A DNA stretch of 61,708 bases, filler included. It is 3 parts of 3 records of this genome, joined end to end, with 100 filler letters (N's around TTAATTAATTAA, not from the genome) between each part and the next. Parts side by side here need not be neighbours in the genome. Positions count along the whole stretch, not along the records: positions 17,035 to 30,065 come from SRR22947725_4460; 2 more parts are not named here. One strand, written 5' to 3'. Numbering within the stretch: position 1 is the first letter of the stretch; every line of letters begins with the position of its first letter. Both the position numbers and the translations under genes were made by a program. Positions 19,190 through 28,958 of the stretch are shown here, in pieces. A model generated the notes under the pieces. It saw only the letters and a list, made by a program, of their open reading frames with translations. It searched no databases and was not told the DNA's origin.

Positions 19190-19555
19190 TTGGCCATTTC
19201 GAAAGGTTCAATCTCTCGGGCCTTACTCTTTGTCGCACTACCGGCACTAGTCCTCGGGCTCTTTGATCCGCTCGAAGGAGGTATGGGTCTACTCATAGCA
19301 ATCGCCATCTACGCGATTGCCTACGGGTTGATTCGCTCCAAGCCGCCCAAGACGCTTTGGATTCCGTTGGCAGCAACATTTGGCTTTGCGCTTGTGACGA
19401 TTGCGGTTGCAGTCATGGTTGCAGAAACCTCTCAGGCAGAAGGACTGCCTTTTTATTTGATGGTGATGATTGCTATCTATGAGCTGGGAGCTGTAATTAC
19501 CCTGATTGCCGGTATCCACACCGCCTACCGAAGTGTGAAACCAAAGGCGGTTTAG
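19190..19555 (+). CDS. Small hypothetical membrane protein (~4 TM, DPLEG loop)
   Basis: 121 aa, strongly hydrophobic, starts 3 nt after the HeR stop codon. Confidence 0.7.
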   Translation: MAISKGSISRALLFVALPALVLGLFDPLEGGMGLLIAIAIYAIAYGLIRSKPPKTLWIPLAATFGFALVTIAVAVMVAETSQAEGLPFYLMVMIAIYELGAVITLIAGIHTAYRSVKPKAV

Positions 19556-19649
19556 GGAGCACCTTGGGTTGGACTGAGAAGTTGTGACTTTTCAGCTTGG
19601 TATCAGCTAGGACTGCCATAATTTAGTTTCACCGGCCCTAAGAGCGAAG

Positions 19650-19922
19650 ATGGAAAAGCTAAAGAAGATCCTTTCAAACCTCCCACACCCCATTCGCTGG
19701 GCTTTGGTTATGGTTTTGGGTTTTGTCCTTTTGGGCATGGGACTTGTAATGATGGTCACCCCGGGCCCGGGACTGCTTTTCATCTTTTTTGGGCTCTCAA
19801 TTCTTGCCCTCGAGATTAAGTGGGCGAGAGAGCTGAATCAGCAGGGCATGCAGGGCCTTGAGCGAATTGTCGCGAAGCTAAAGTCCATTTTTGGCAAGAA
19901 AAACAAAGGCGAGACTAAGTAG
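19650..19922 (+). CDS. PGPGW-family small transmembrane protein
   Basis: GLVMMVTPGPGLLFIFFGLSILALEIKWA fits the PGPGW family pattern. Confidence 0.8.
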   Translation: MEKLKKILSNLPHPIRWALVMVLGFVLLGMGLVMMVTPGPGLLFIFFGLSILALEIKWARELNQQGMQGLERIVAKLKSIFGKKNKGETK

Positions 19923-20000
19923 GCATCAAATAGCGATAGCTTTTCTTGGAAGCCTCACGCTATAAATCCAGTTGATAACTGAGATTGCCTAAGGAGAAAC

Positions 20001-21536
20001 GTGTCGTCTATTGGTGTTGTTTTAGAGCCTCAAGCTGAGTCTCGGGTTGCAGCAACCCCCGAAACTGTCAAAGCTATCCGCGCGCTTGGTTATCAGGTGC
20101 TGATTGAAAAGGGTGCAGGGGCCAAGGCCTCTTTCCCGGATAGTGCCTACGTCGCAGCTGGAGCCAAGGTGGCAACCACAGCCGCCGCTTGGAAGGCAGA
20201 CATTGTTCTCAAGGTCAATGCGCCCACACCCACCGAGATCAAGCGGCTCAAAAAGGGTGCGATTCTGGTGGGCATTCTCAGCCCCGCACTGAACCCCAAT
20301 CTTTTGAAGGCACTTGCAAAGCAGGGCGTTACCGCTCTCGCGATGGATGCTGTCCCAAGAATTTCCAGGGCTCAGTCGATGGACGTTCTGAGCTCAATGG
20401 CCAACATCGCCGGCTATCGTGCGGTTGTTGAGTCGGCCCATGAGTTTGGCCGCTTCTTTACCGGCCAGGTAACGGCCGCGGGTAAGGTCGCTCCCGCCAA
20501 GGTGCTGGTGGCAGGTGCCGGAGTTGCAGGCCTTGCGGCCATTGGTGCTGCATCCAGTCTTGGAGCAATCGTCAGGGCTACCGACCCGCGCCCAGAGGTC
20601 GCAGATCAGGTCAAGTCAATTGGCGGTGAGTATTTAGCTGTCGAGGTCGAGGAGCAGATGGAGTCCTCTGACGGCTACGCGAAGGCCACCAGCAAGGCCT
20701 ATGACCAAAGAGCTGCCGAGATCTACACCGAGCAGGCCGAGGATGTTGACATCATCATCACGACCGCGCTCATCCCGGGAAGGCCAGCGCCAAAGCTCAT
20801 CACAGCCAAGGATGTTGCCAAGATGAAGCCCGGCAGCGTGATTGTGGACATGGCCGCAGCCCAGGGCGGGAACGTAGCCGGTTCGGTTGCGGGAAAGCGC
20901 ATCGTCACCAAAAACGGCGTAATCATTCTTGGCTACACAGACCTCCCCTCGAGACTCCCCGCACAGTCCTCTCAGCTCTATGGCACAAACCTTGTGAACC
21001 TTTTGAAGCTGCTCACGCCAAAGAAGAAGGGCAAGCTAGAGCTTGACTTTGAGGACGTGGTTCAGCGCTCAGTGACGGTCGTGAAGTCCGGCGAGATAAC
21101 CTGGCCACCGCCACCGGTTCAGGTCTCTGCAGCACCCACGGCTAAGCCGGCAGAGCCGCAGGAGATGCCCGAAAAGAAGAAAATGTCGGGCCGCACAAAG
21201 GGACTATTGATTACCGCCGGACTGGCTGCACTGTTTGGGGTTGTTTCACTTGCACCACCACCGCTACCTCAGCACTTCCTGGTGCTGACGCTGTCGGTGG
21301 TGGTTGGGTTCTATGTAATTGGTAAGGTCCACCATGCCCTCCACACCCCGCTGATGAGCGTCACCAACGCCATCTCCGGAATTGTGGTGGTGGCGGCAAT
21401 CTTGCAGGTGACTGATTCGATTCTGCTGGTGCAGATCCTTGCCTTTATTGGGGTGCTGATTGCCAGCATCAACGTCTTTGGTGGCTTCGCGGTCACCCGT
21501 CGAATGCTCAAGATGTTCACGAAGGGAGACCAGTAA
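20001..21536 (+). CDS. pntA: NAD(P) transhydrogenase subunit alpha
   Basis: [69 protein letters not shown] before the GTG. Confidence 0.98.
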   Translation: MSSIGVVLEPQAESRVAATPETVKAIRALGYQVLIEKGAGAKASFPDSAYVAAGAKVATTAAAWKADIVLKVNAPTPTEIKRLKKGAILVGILSPALNPNLLKALAKQGVTALAMDAVPRISRAQSMDVLSSMANIAGYRAVVESAHEFGRFFTGQVTAAGKVAPAKVLVAGAGVAGLAAIGAASSLGAIVRATDPRPEVADQVKSIGGEYLAVEVEEQMESSDGYAKATSKAYDQRAAEIYTEQAEDVDIIITTALIPGRPAPKLITAKDVAKMKPGSVIVDMAAAQGGNVAGSVAGKRIVTKNGVIILGYTDLPSRLPAQSSQLYGTNLVNLLKLLTPKKKGKLELDFEDVVQRSVTVVKSGEITWPPPPVQVSAAPTAKPAEPQEMPEKKKMSGRTKGLLITAGLAALFGVVSLAPPPLPQHFLVLTLSVVVGFYVIGKVHHALHTPLMSVTNAISGIVVVAAILQVTDSILLVQILAFIGVLIASINVFGGFAVTRRMLKMFTKGDQ

Positions 21537-22933
21537 TGACTGCTCTAGCCATTGCCAACGCAGCTTACGTTGCTGCCGCCCTTCTATTCATCATGAGCCT
21601 CGCAGGTCTCAGCAAGCACGAGACCGGTAGGACCGGTATCCGCTACGGCATCGCCGGAATGACAATTGCGATGTCGGCCACCATATGGCTCACCTTCTCG
21701 GGCGAGTGGAATGAAAGCACTTCCACAGGCTTCGTGCTTCTGCTGGTGGCACTTTGTGCAGGTGCGGTCATCGGGCTCTGGCGAGCCAAGGTAGTCGCGA
21801 TGACCGGCATGCCGGAACTTATCGCTCTCTTCCACAGCTTTGTTGGACTTACGGCAGTTTTGGTTGGCTGGAATGGTGCACTGCACTCAGGTGATCTTTC
21901 GCCTGACTTGGTTGGCGTCCACAGAGCCGAGGTATTCATCGGCATCTTCATTGGTGCGGTGACTTTTACAGGCTCAATCGTCGCCTACCTAAAGCTCTCG
22001 GCCAAGATGTCCTCGAAGCCACTAATTCTCCCAGGCCGAAATCTGCTGAACCTATCTGCCTTGATTGGCTTCGTCGGTCTCACTGTTGCCTACGTGATCA
22101 CGCCCGAGATGGGCTTCTTGATCGCAGTCACCATTTTGGCGCTGGCACTGGGTTGGCACCTAGTTGCCTCCATTGGTGGTGGCGACATGCCGGTGGTGGT
22201 CTCGATGCTCAACAGCTACTCCGGTTGGGCCGCTGCCGCAACAGGCTTCCTGCTCAGCAACGACCTATTAATTGTTACCGGTGCACTGGTTGGATCCTCG
22301 GGTGCGTACCTGTCCTACATCATGTGCCGCGCGATGAACCGCTCGTTTATCTCGGTTATCTTCGGTGGCTACGGCATCGAGGCGCCAACCGAGAGCGATG
22401 AGGAAACCGGTGAGCACACCGAGATTGACGCCGCGCAGGTTGCCGAGATGCTCTCGGCAGCGAAGACCGTGGTAATCACACCCGGCTACGGCATGGCAGT
22501 GGCTCAGGCTCAGTATCCGGTGGCCGAGCTTGCCAAGCGCCTGAAAGAGAAGGGTGTCGAGGTTCGCTTCGGTATTCACCCGGTTGCGGGAAGACTCCCC
22601 GGCCACATGAACGTGCTGCTTGCCGAGGCCAAGGTTCCTTACGACATCGTTCTGGAAATGGACGAGATTAACGATGACCTTGCGGGAACAAACGTGGTGT
22701 TGGTAATTGGAGCTAATGACACCGTGAATCCTGCAGCAACTGAGAACCCCGGCAGCCCAATAGCGGGCATGCCCGTGCTCAAGGTCTGGGAGGCCGAGAA
22801 CGTCATCGTGTTTAAGCGCTCGATGGCCTCCGGTTACGCCGGTGTTGCAAACCCACTGTTCTATAAGCCAAACGCCAAGATGCTATTTGGCGATGCTAAG
22901 GACAAGGTCGGAGACATTCTCAAGGCGCTCTAG
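21536..22933 (+). CDS. pntB: NAD(P) transhydrogenase subunit beta
   Basis: [70 protein letters not shown]; overlaps the pntA stop. Confidence 0.98.
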   Translation: MTALAIANAAYVAAALLFIMSLAGLSKHETGRTGIRYGIAGMTIAMSATIWLTFSGEWNESTSTGFVLLLVALCAGAVIGLWRAKVVAMTGMPELIALFHSFVGLTAVLVGWNGALHSGDLSPDLVGVHRAEVFIGIFIGAVTFTGSIVAYLKLSAKMSSKPLILPGRNLLNLSALIGFVGLTVAYVITPEMGFLIAVTILALALGWHLVASIGGGDMPVVVSMLNSYSGWAAAATGFLLSNDLLIVTGALVGSSGAYLSYIMCRAMNRSFISVIFGGYGIEAPTESDEETGEHTEIDAAQVAEMLSAAKTVVITPGYGMAVAQAQYPVAELAKRLKEKGVEVRFGIHPVAGRLPGHMNVLLAEAKVPYDIVLEMDEINDDLAGTNVVLVIGANDTVNPAATENPGSPIAGMPVLKVWEAENVIVFKRSMASGYAGVANPLFYKPNAKMLFGDAKDKVGDILKAL

Positions 22934-22968
22934 CGTTATCCTTTTCAGGCGCCGAAGAACGGAGTCTC

Positions 22969-24036
22969 ATGGCTAATCAGCGTGGGTTTGCAAGCGATAA
23001 CTACGCTGGCGTTCACCCTGAAGTTATGGCTCGCATGGCCGAGGTGAACCAAGGTCACCAGGTCTCCTATGGTGATGACACCGAGACTGCAAGATTCCAA
23101 GAGATCGTCAAAGAACTCTTTGGGAAAAATGCCGTCGGCTTCCCCGTCTTCAATGGCACAGGAGCAAACGTCATTGCACTGCAGTCCGCTGTCAAGCGCT
23201 GGGAAGCTGTTATTTGCGTTGAGTCCGCCCATATCCACATGGACGAGGGCGGTGCTCCGGAAAAGATGGGCGGTCTCAAGCTTTGGACCGTGCCATCGTC
23301 AGACGGCAAGCTGTCGGTGGATGGGCTTAGGTCACAGCTATTTGACTTTGGTTTTGTTCATCGCTCGCAACCTGGTGTGGTGAGCATCACTCAGACCACT
23401 GAGATGGGCACCGTCTATCAGCCAGAGGAAGTTTCGGCGCTCGCAGATGTTGCCCATGAGCACGGCCTGCTCCTTCACATGGACGGAGCGAGGCTCTCAA
23501 ATGCGGCTGCAGCCTTGGGCAAGAGCTTCAAGGAGTTCACGACAGATGTCGGTGTGGATCTGGTTTCGCTAGGCGGAACAAAGATCGGAGCGTTGGCTGC
23601 AGAGGCGGTGGTTGTCACTGACATCACAACTGAGCGTGGAGCGGAATTGGCGAGCGCTATGCCTTTCTTGAGAAAGACCTCCATGCAGCTTCCCTCAAAG
23701 ATGCGCTTTGTGTCCGCTCAGCTGAATGCACTGTTTGCCGATGGGGCAAAGGTCGCGATGGAGAATGCTCAACTAGCCAACTCAATGGCGGCAAAGCTTT
23801 ATGAGGGAGTGATGGAGATTGCTAGAGAGCACTCCGACGTGAGCATTCCGAATAGGGCACAGGCAAACGCAGTCTTTCCGATTCTCCCCCGCGAAGTAAC
23901 TGCAAAGATTCAAGAGGACTTTCGCTTCTACATCTGGGACCAGACCACCGGTCAGGTTCGGTGGATGTGTTCCTGGGATACCACCGAAGAAGATGTTGAG
24001 GGTTTGCTAGGTTCCCTCAGGAGAGCACTGGCCTGA
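22969..24036 (+). CDS. ltaE: Low-specificity L-threonine aldolase (PLP, beta-eliminating lyase family)
   Basis: FASDNYAGVHP, FNGTGAN, TQTTEMGTVY, LHMDGARLSNA, GGTKIG, VRWMCSWDT. Confidence 0.88.
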   Translation: MANQRGFASDNYAGVHPEVMARMAEVNQGHQVSYGDDTETARFQEIVKELFGKNAVGFPVFNGTGANVIALQSAVKRWEAVICVESAHIHMDEGGAPEKMGGLKLWTVPSSDGKLSVDGLRSQLFDFGFVHRSQPGVVSITQTTEMGTVYQPEEVSALADVAHEHGLLLHMDGARLSNAAAALGKSFKEFTTDVGVDLVSLGGTKIGALAAEAVVVTDITTERGAELASAMPFLRKTSMQLPSKMRFVSAQLNALFADGAKVAMENAQLANSMAAKLYEGVMEIAREHSDVSIPNRAQANAVFPILPREVTAKIQEDFRFYIWDQTTGQVRWMCSWDTTEEDVEGLLGSLRRALA

Positions 24037-24062
24037 ATCTCTGTAACAAGCGTCGCTTGCGG

Positions 24063-25325
24063 CTAAATTCGCCGAACTGAGCCGCCTCTTCTTCTTGAGA
24101 CGGCATCCACGGTAGCGGCCAAGGCCAATACTGTTCCTGTTACTACGAAGCTGATTCCGGCAGAGAATCCGAGAAGCCCTAAACCGTTGTCGATAATCGA
24201 GATAACGAGCGCACCAAGGGCAGCGTGAACGAGTCGCCCACGACCACCGAAGAGACTGACACCACCAACAACCGCAGCCGCAACACCACTCAAAACGATG
24301 GTTCGTCCCGAGGCAGCCTCGACGACTCCGATTCGACTTACATGGAAGAGGCCCGCGACTACGGCGAGGCTGGAAGTAATGACAAAGGCAGTGATGCGGA
24401 TCCTTACAACCTTGATTCCAGCTCTTCTCGCTGCCTCTGGGTTGCCTCCAACGGCGTATAGGTGTCGACCAAATTTGGTTCTGTCTAGCAAGAAAGTGCC
24501 CGCAAAGATAATGAATAGCACAATCGGTATCACGATTGGCACTCCTGAAATCTGAATTACATCAGAGGCGCTTCTGTTGAGATTCAGCACATAAATAACG
24601 ACACCACCAACAACAGTGATGAATGCCAATTTGATGAGCAACAGGGAAACGGGACGGTTTACAAGCCCACTTGCTGATCTGCGGTAGCGATCATAGAACC
24701 CCAGGCCTGCGGAGATGGCTACAACTACAAACAGCAGTAGCCAGCCACCCCAAAGTGGCAAGGTGTCATTCATAATTGCACGAACTTCGGGCACCTCAAC
24801 GCGGAATAGACCCCCGTCGCCAAGCAAAATTAGTGCAACACCTTGAAGCCCTAGGAAGAAGGCAAGAGAGATTACGAAGGATGGAACTCCCACCTTCGCA
24901 ACAAAAAAGCCAAGGATTAGTCCGAGGATTACACCCACCATCAGAGCGGATACCAGGCCAATTGGCCACGGAACCCCAAAGGTAGTTGTTAGGTAGAACA
25001 CATCCATGGCCACCGCGGCTGCAACACCAGCGGAGAGGTCAATCTCCGCAATTAGAAGAACGAAAACCAGAGCAATGGCCAGAGTTGTAAGCTGCGCCGC
25101 CTGTACAAAGAGGTTGGCAAAATTTAGTTTGGTTAGGAAGTATGGGCTGAGGTAGGCAAAGAGCGCAGTTAGGACGAGAAGTGCTCCTGTTGCCGGCAGG
25201 GCTCCCATATCTCCATTTTTTATCCTGGAGAAGTAAGCCTTCACCTGGTCTACAAGTCCACCCTCGTGACCAGAAGAGATTTCCTGAGGGGCCAGATTCA
25301 GCCCAGGCTGATTTGGGTTAGACAT
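24063..25325 (-). CDS. Monosaccharide ABC transporter permease (XylH-like)
   Basis: EIDLSAG, GVPSFVISLA, RTKFGRHLYAVGGNPEAARRAGI, AAAVVGGVSLFGGRG. Confidence 0.92.
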   Translation of the reverse strand: MSNPNQPGLNLAPQEISSGHEGGLVDQVKAYFSRIKNGDMGALPATGALLVLTALFAYLSPYFLTKLNFANLFVQAAQLTTLAIALVFVLLIAEIDLSAGVAAAVAMDVFYLTTTFGVPWPIGLVSALMVGVILGLILGFFVAKVGVPSFVISLAFFLGLQGVALILLGDGGLFRVEVPEVRAIMNDTLPLWGGWLLLFVVVAISAGLGFYDRYRRSASGLVNRPVSLLLIKLAFITVVGGVVIYVLNLNRSASDVIQISGVPIVIPIVLFIIFAGTFLLDRTKFGRHLYAVGGNPEAARRAGIKVVRIRITAFVITSSLAVVAGLFHVSRIGVVEAASGRTIVLSGVAAAVVGGVSLFGGRGRLVHAALGALVISIIDNGLGLLGFSAGISFVVTGTVLALAATVDAVSRRRGGSVRRI

Positions 25326-25333
25326 GCTTACTC

Positions 25334-26071
25334 CTAAGTGCTCTTCGTGCCAGTGATGTAACCAACTACATCGTTTTGAGACGTTTCTGAGGTTTTTATT
25401 TGAGTGACCATGCGACCTAGGTAAAGGACCGCTATTTCATCACAAACCTTGAAGACGTCGGCAAGATTGTGGCTGATAATCAAGACGGCTACACCCGAGG
25501 AGGCGAGGCGCTGAACGAGGTTCAAAACTTGTTCGGTCTGAGCAACGCCGAGCGCAGCGGTCGGCTCATCTAGAATCACCAGCTTTGCGTTCCGCAAAAC
25601 TGACCTAGCGATTGCAACAGTTTGACGCTGTCCACCAGATAGCGACGAGACCTTTTGGCGCACTGACTTTACGGTGCGAACGGAAAGCGACTGCAAGGCC
25701 TGAGTTGCCTGCAATTCCATGCTGGGTTCATCGAGAGTACGCTGCATTAGCTCCTCTCGACCGAGAAACATGTTTTGGACAATGTCTAGATTCTCGCAAA
25801 GGGCCAAGTCTTGGTATACGACCTCAATTCCGAGCTCAGCTGCCTGAATCGGGTCGTGAATGTCTACCTCTTTACCCTCAAACAGAACCGTTCCACTGTC
25901 GTAGGGTTGAACACCCGATAGGCCCTTGATGAGGGTTGACTTACCAGCACCGTTGTCTCCAACGAGTGCGGTTACTCTTCCTGCGTGAACCTCAAGGTTC
26001 ACGCCTTTCAGCACCTCGACTGGGCCGAAGCCCTTTTTGACGTCAGTTAGTTCGATCACCGGGGTTGCCAC
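25334..26071 (-). CDS. Monosaccharide ABC transporter ATP-binding protein (single domain)
   Basis: Walker A GDNGAGKST, VYQDLAL, signature LSGGQRQ, Walker B ILDEPTAALG, ISHN. Confidence 0.95.
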   Translation of the reverse strand: MATPVIELTDVKKGFGPVEVLKGVNLEVHAGRVTALVGDNGAGKSTLIKGLSGVQPYDSGTVLFEGKEVDIHDPIQAAELGIEVVYQDLALCENLDIVQNMFLGREELMQRTLDEPSMELQATQALQSLSVRTVKSVRQKVSSLSGGQRQTVAIARSVLRNAKLVILDEPTAALGVAQTEQVLNLVQRLASSGVAVLIISHNLADVFKVCDEIAVLYLGRMVTQIKTSETSQNDVVGYITGTKST

Positions 26072-26142
26072 GGTATCTCCTGATCTGTCTTCTCTACCTT
26101 GAGAAGACCCACTCGCAATAAAGATTACAAAAAACTTTTGGG

Positions 26143-26178
26143 GGAGTGCGCCGAAGACGTTTTGCTCCGGCGCACTCC
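26143..26178 (-). terminator. GC-rich hairpin after the binding-protein gene (terminator or mRNA-stabilising stem)
   Basis: GGAGTGCGCCG...CGGCGCACTCC 11-bp inverted repeat just downstream of the SBP stop; U-tract is displaced from the stem. Confidence 0.6.
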
Positions 26179-26195
26179 TTTGTTGCTAAATGTTG

Positions 26196-27284
26196 CTAGT
26201 TGATGCCGTACTGCTCACAAGCAGCAGCGACATCTGCGGTGCAGAGTTCCTCAACAGAGGCGTCGCCGTTGGCAACTACGTCCTTAACCTGCTCAGCGCT
26301 GACCGAGATTGGGTCAAGAGCAAGGAACGGAGTTCCGTCTGCGAGTGTCTTGTTGGTCTCTGGCACCTCACCGCTCAGGATGGTGATCGCCATGGCGGCA
26401 CCGGCCTCAGCCTGAATGGTGAATGGCTTGTAAACAGTTCCGTACTGCTTACCAAGAAGCACATTCTGAAGACCTGCAATCGAAGCGTCCTGACCGGAGA
26501 CTGGAACAGTCAGACCGTTCTTGTCCAAGATCGCGATGATTGAAGCAGCGTTGTTGTCGTTTGGTGCAAGCACCGCGTCAACGCTTCCGGATACTGCAGT
26601 GAAGGCCTGCTCAAACAGCGTGCCAGCCTTGGTTCCATCCCAGGTACCTTCCATGGTGAAGACAGGAGATGCACCGGCAGCCTCAAGGACAGACAGCGCA
26701 CCGTTTAGGAACATTGCTGCGTTGCCATCAGCTGGGTCTCCCGAAGAGTAGATGATGCTGGCAGTGGTTACGTCTTTACCTGCAGCCTCTAGACCATCGA
26801 TGATCATCTGACCCTGCATAGCTCCTACAACCTCGTTGTCGAATGACAGGTAGTAGTCAGCGCCAGCAATTGGTCGGTCGTAAGCAATGACAGGCACACC
26901 TTGAGCCTTAGCCTTCTCTGCCACGGACACACCTGCACCCTGGTAGTCGACTAGAAGCATTACACCGCAGCCCTTAGTGAGCTGCTGGTCACCAATGGTG
27001 GCGTACTTGGCGGTGTCAGACTGTGCGTTCTGAATGTCTGCCTCGTATCCAGCAGCAGTAAGTGCCTTCTCCAAAGCTGGACGGTCGCCTGGCTCCCAGC
27101 GAGTTCCGCTGTCGGCGTCAGGGAGGATTACGCAAGCGCGACCTGCAGTCGCCTCGACAGTTTCTTCAGTTGACGAACCAGCGGCTGTCTCTGAAGGAGT
27201 TGTAGTTTCTGCTGCACAACCGGTTAAGGCTAGTGCTGCAGCCGCTGCAAGTGCCGAAAATGAAAATAATGAAGACTTCTTCAT
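26196..27284 (-). CDS. Sugar-binding lipoprotein (XylF/ChvE-like)
   Basis: MKKSS...lipobox LTGC; RWEPGDRP, VPVIAYDRPI, SFDNEVVG, APND, VSGQDA, TVYKP; AAGGA RBS supports the ATG at 27284. Confidence 0.9.
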   Translation of the reverse strand: MKKSSLFSFSALAAAAALALTGCAAETTTPSETAAGSSTEETVEATAGRACVILPDADSGTRWEPGDRPALEKALTAAGYEADIQNAQSDTAKYATIGDQQLTKGCGVMLLVDYQGAGVSVAEKAKAQGVPVIAYDRPIAGADYYLSFDNEVVGAMQGQMIIDGLEAAGKDVTTASIIYSSGDPADGNAAMFLNGALSVLEAAGASPVFTMEGTWDGTKAGTLFEQAFTAVSGSVDAVLAPNDNNAASIIAILDKNGLTVPVSGQDASIAGLQNVLLGKQYGTVYKPFTIQAEAGAAMAITILSGEVPETNKTLADGTPFLALDPISVSAEQVKDVVANGDASVEELCTADVAAACEQYGIN

Positions 27285-27361
27285 AATTTGATCGGTCCTT
27301 TCATTTGATGTGCTACCCGAGAGGGTCCCCCCGAATAGTTCTTGAGTGAAACTCAAGACTA

Positions 27362-27453
27362 TGTTGTAGCAAACAACAAAATATTGCAACCACAGAGAAA
27401 GGAAAAACGCTAACAAAGGCATAACGTTACCTATTTGTTGTTTAGGACAACAA
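27362..27453. promoter_or_regulatory. Two TGTTGT-N5-ACAACA palindromes, candidate ROK repressor operators
   Basis: TGTTGTagcaaACAACA (27362-27378) and TTGTTGTttaggACAACAA (27435-27453) in the divergent SBP/ROK intergenic region. Confidence 0.65.
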
Positions 27454-27491
27454 GTATCGTTGAGTTAGGACGGTGAAAGGAGTTTGAGCCT

Positions 27492-28694
27492 GTGACGACT
27501 AACTCTGGAGCGGTAAGCAATCGCGGGCAGAGCTCTGACAGTGTTCGCCAGCACAACTTGACTACTGTGCTGAGGCTGGTGCACCTAAACCGCAAAATCC
27601 TTCGTTCCCAACTCACTGCGATTACAGGGTTGAATCGCTCGACGGTTTCGGCTCTAATTTCCGAACTTGAGGAGCTTGGACTTGTTGTAGAGAGCGAGTC
27701 GCAGGGTTCCTCTGGCGTTGGACGTCCATCACTGATGGTTGCTCCGAATGAGAATGTTGTGGCGTTTTCAGTCAATCCAGAAATTGATGCGACAACTGTT
27801 TCCGTCGTTACGCTTTCCGGCCAGGTCATAGACAGGCGTCGAAAGCTCATGGGGTCACACCCCTCTTCGGAGGACGCGATCCGCGTTTCGGCCGAAGTTA
27901 TATCTGAAATGCGAAAGGCTTTTCGCCCCGGAACCCAAATTGCCGGGGTCGGCGTTTCAGTTCCAGGTCAGGTGAGAACCTCTGACGGTGTGATTCGGTA
28001 TGCCCCTCAGCTCGGTTGGGTCGAGTCGGCGTTTGCTACAGCGCTGAGTCAGGAAACAGGACTGAATGTGTTCCTTGGGAACGATGCAAGCCTTGGCTGC
28101 CTTGCTGAGGCGAGGTTTGGAACCGCAAAAAATGTCAACGACCTCGTTTTCCTGTTCGCTGGATCGGGCGGTATCGGCGGTGGCGTTGTAAGCAATGGAA
28201 TGACGGTCGGTGGCGCCGCCGGTTACGCCGGGGAGCTTGGCCACATGAAGGTTTCTAGCTCTGGCCGACTCGATTACTCAGGCCTTCCCGGCACCCTGGA
28301 GTCTCTGGTAAGGCGTGAAGATCTGCTGGACTTCTTCAAGCTCTACGTTGCAACCGATGAAGAACTGGCTGCGGAAATTAGGTCCAGTGAATCTTCGCGC
28401 GCAAAGCGCCTAATCCACGATCAACTTGACAGCCTTGCTGAGGGCCTGAGCAACCTCGTCAACATATTCAACCCCGAGGTTATTGTGCTCGCTGGTTTCC
28501 TCACATCACTTTTTGAATTTGATCCGGATTACCTACTGTCACAGGTTAAGAAAGGTTCACTAGCAGCTGCAGCTGAGCGAGTAGTTATTCGAAATGGCGC
28601 ATTGGGCGCCGACCTTCTTGTGCTTGGAGCGGCAGAGCTTCCTTTTGACGCACTAATCTCATCGCCTTCCAGTTACAGCTTGAAATCTGCGTAG
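27492..28694 (+). CDS. ROK family transcriptional repressor (XylR/NagC-like)
   Basis: N-terminal wHTH (RSQLTAITGLNRSTVSALISEL, GRP), GVGVSVPG, NDA, GIGGG, AGELGHM. Confidence 0.93.
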   Translation: MTTNSGAVSNRGQSSDSVRQHNLTTVLRLVHLNRKILRSQLTAITGLNRSTVSALISELEELGLVVESESQGSSGVGRPSLMVAPNENVVAFSVNPEIDATTVSVVTLSGQVIDRRRKLMGSHPSSEDAIRVSAEVISEMRKAFRPGTQIAGVGVSVPGQVRTSDGVIRYAPQLGWVESAFATALSQETGLNVFLGNDASLGCLAEARFGTAKNVNDLVFLFAGSGGIGGGVVSNGMTVGGAAGYAGELGHMKVSSSGRLDYSGLPGTLESLVRREDLLDFFKLYVATDEELAAEIRSSESSRAKRLIHDQLDSLAEGLSNLVNIFNPEVIVLAGFLTSLFEFDPDYLLSQVKKGSLAAAAERVVIRNGALGADLLVLGAAELPFDALISSPSSYSLKSA

Positions 28695-28827
28695 GCGCGA
28701 AGAGCCGGATAAGTAGTAAAGGATTTCTCTCAGAGCGAGAGACCTCACGTTTGGCGGAGAATGCTTGATTCGAACTACCGCCCTCTTGCCCTCCTAAATA
28801 CTGGGGTTGGGGTTTAGGAAATTGCTT

Positions 28828-28853
28828 TCTACGCCATCTATCTACGCCATCTA
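28828..28853 (+). repeat. 13-bp tandem duplication (TCTACGCCATCTA)x2
   Basis: Directly visible in the ROK-kinase intergenic region. Confidence 0.8.
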
Positions 28854-28958
28854 TGCAGCATCTAGCCATTAACTCGTCACGGTTGCTATCAAAGTAAAAT
28901 TGACCCAGATCGAAATTCATTGAAATTTTTAACTAAGTGTCGAGAAAGGGGTTGTGTC

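Noticed and set aside
27285-27422. 46-aa N-terminal extension of the sugar-binding protein in the ORF track
   Set aside because: The lipoprotein signal and RBS place the start at 27284; the extension overlaps the operator/promoter region
28585-28920. 111-aa minus-strand ORF between the ROK and kinase genes
   Set aside because: Overlaps the ROK 3' end, includes the tandem duplication and has no recognisable family
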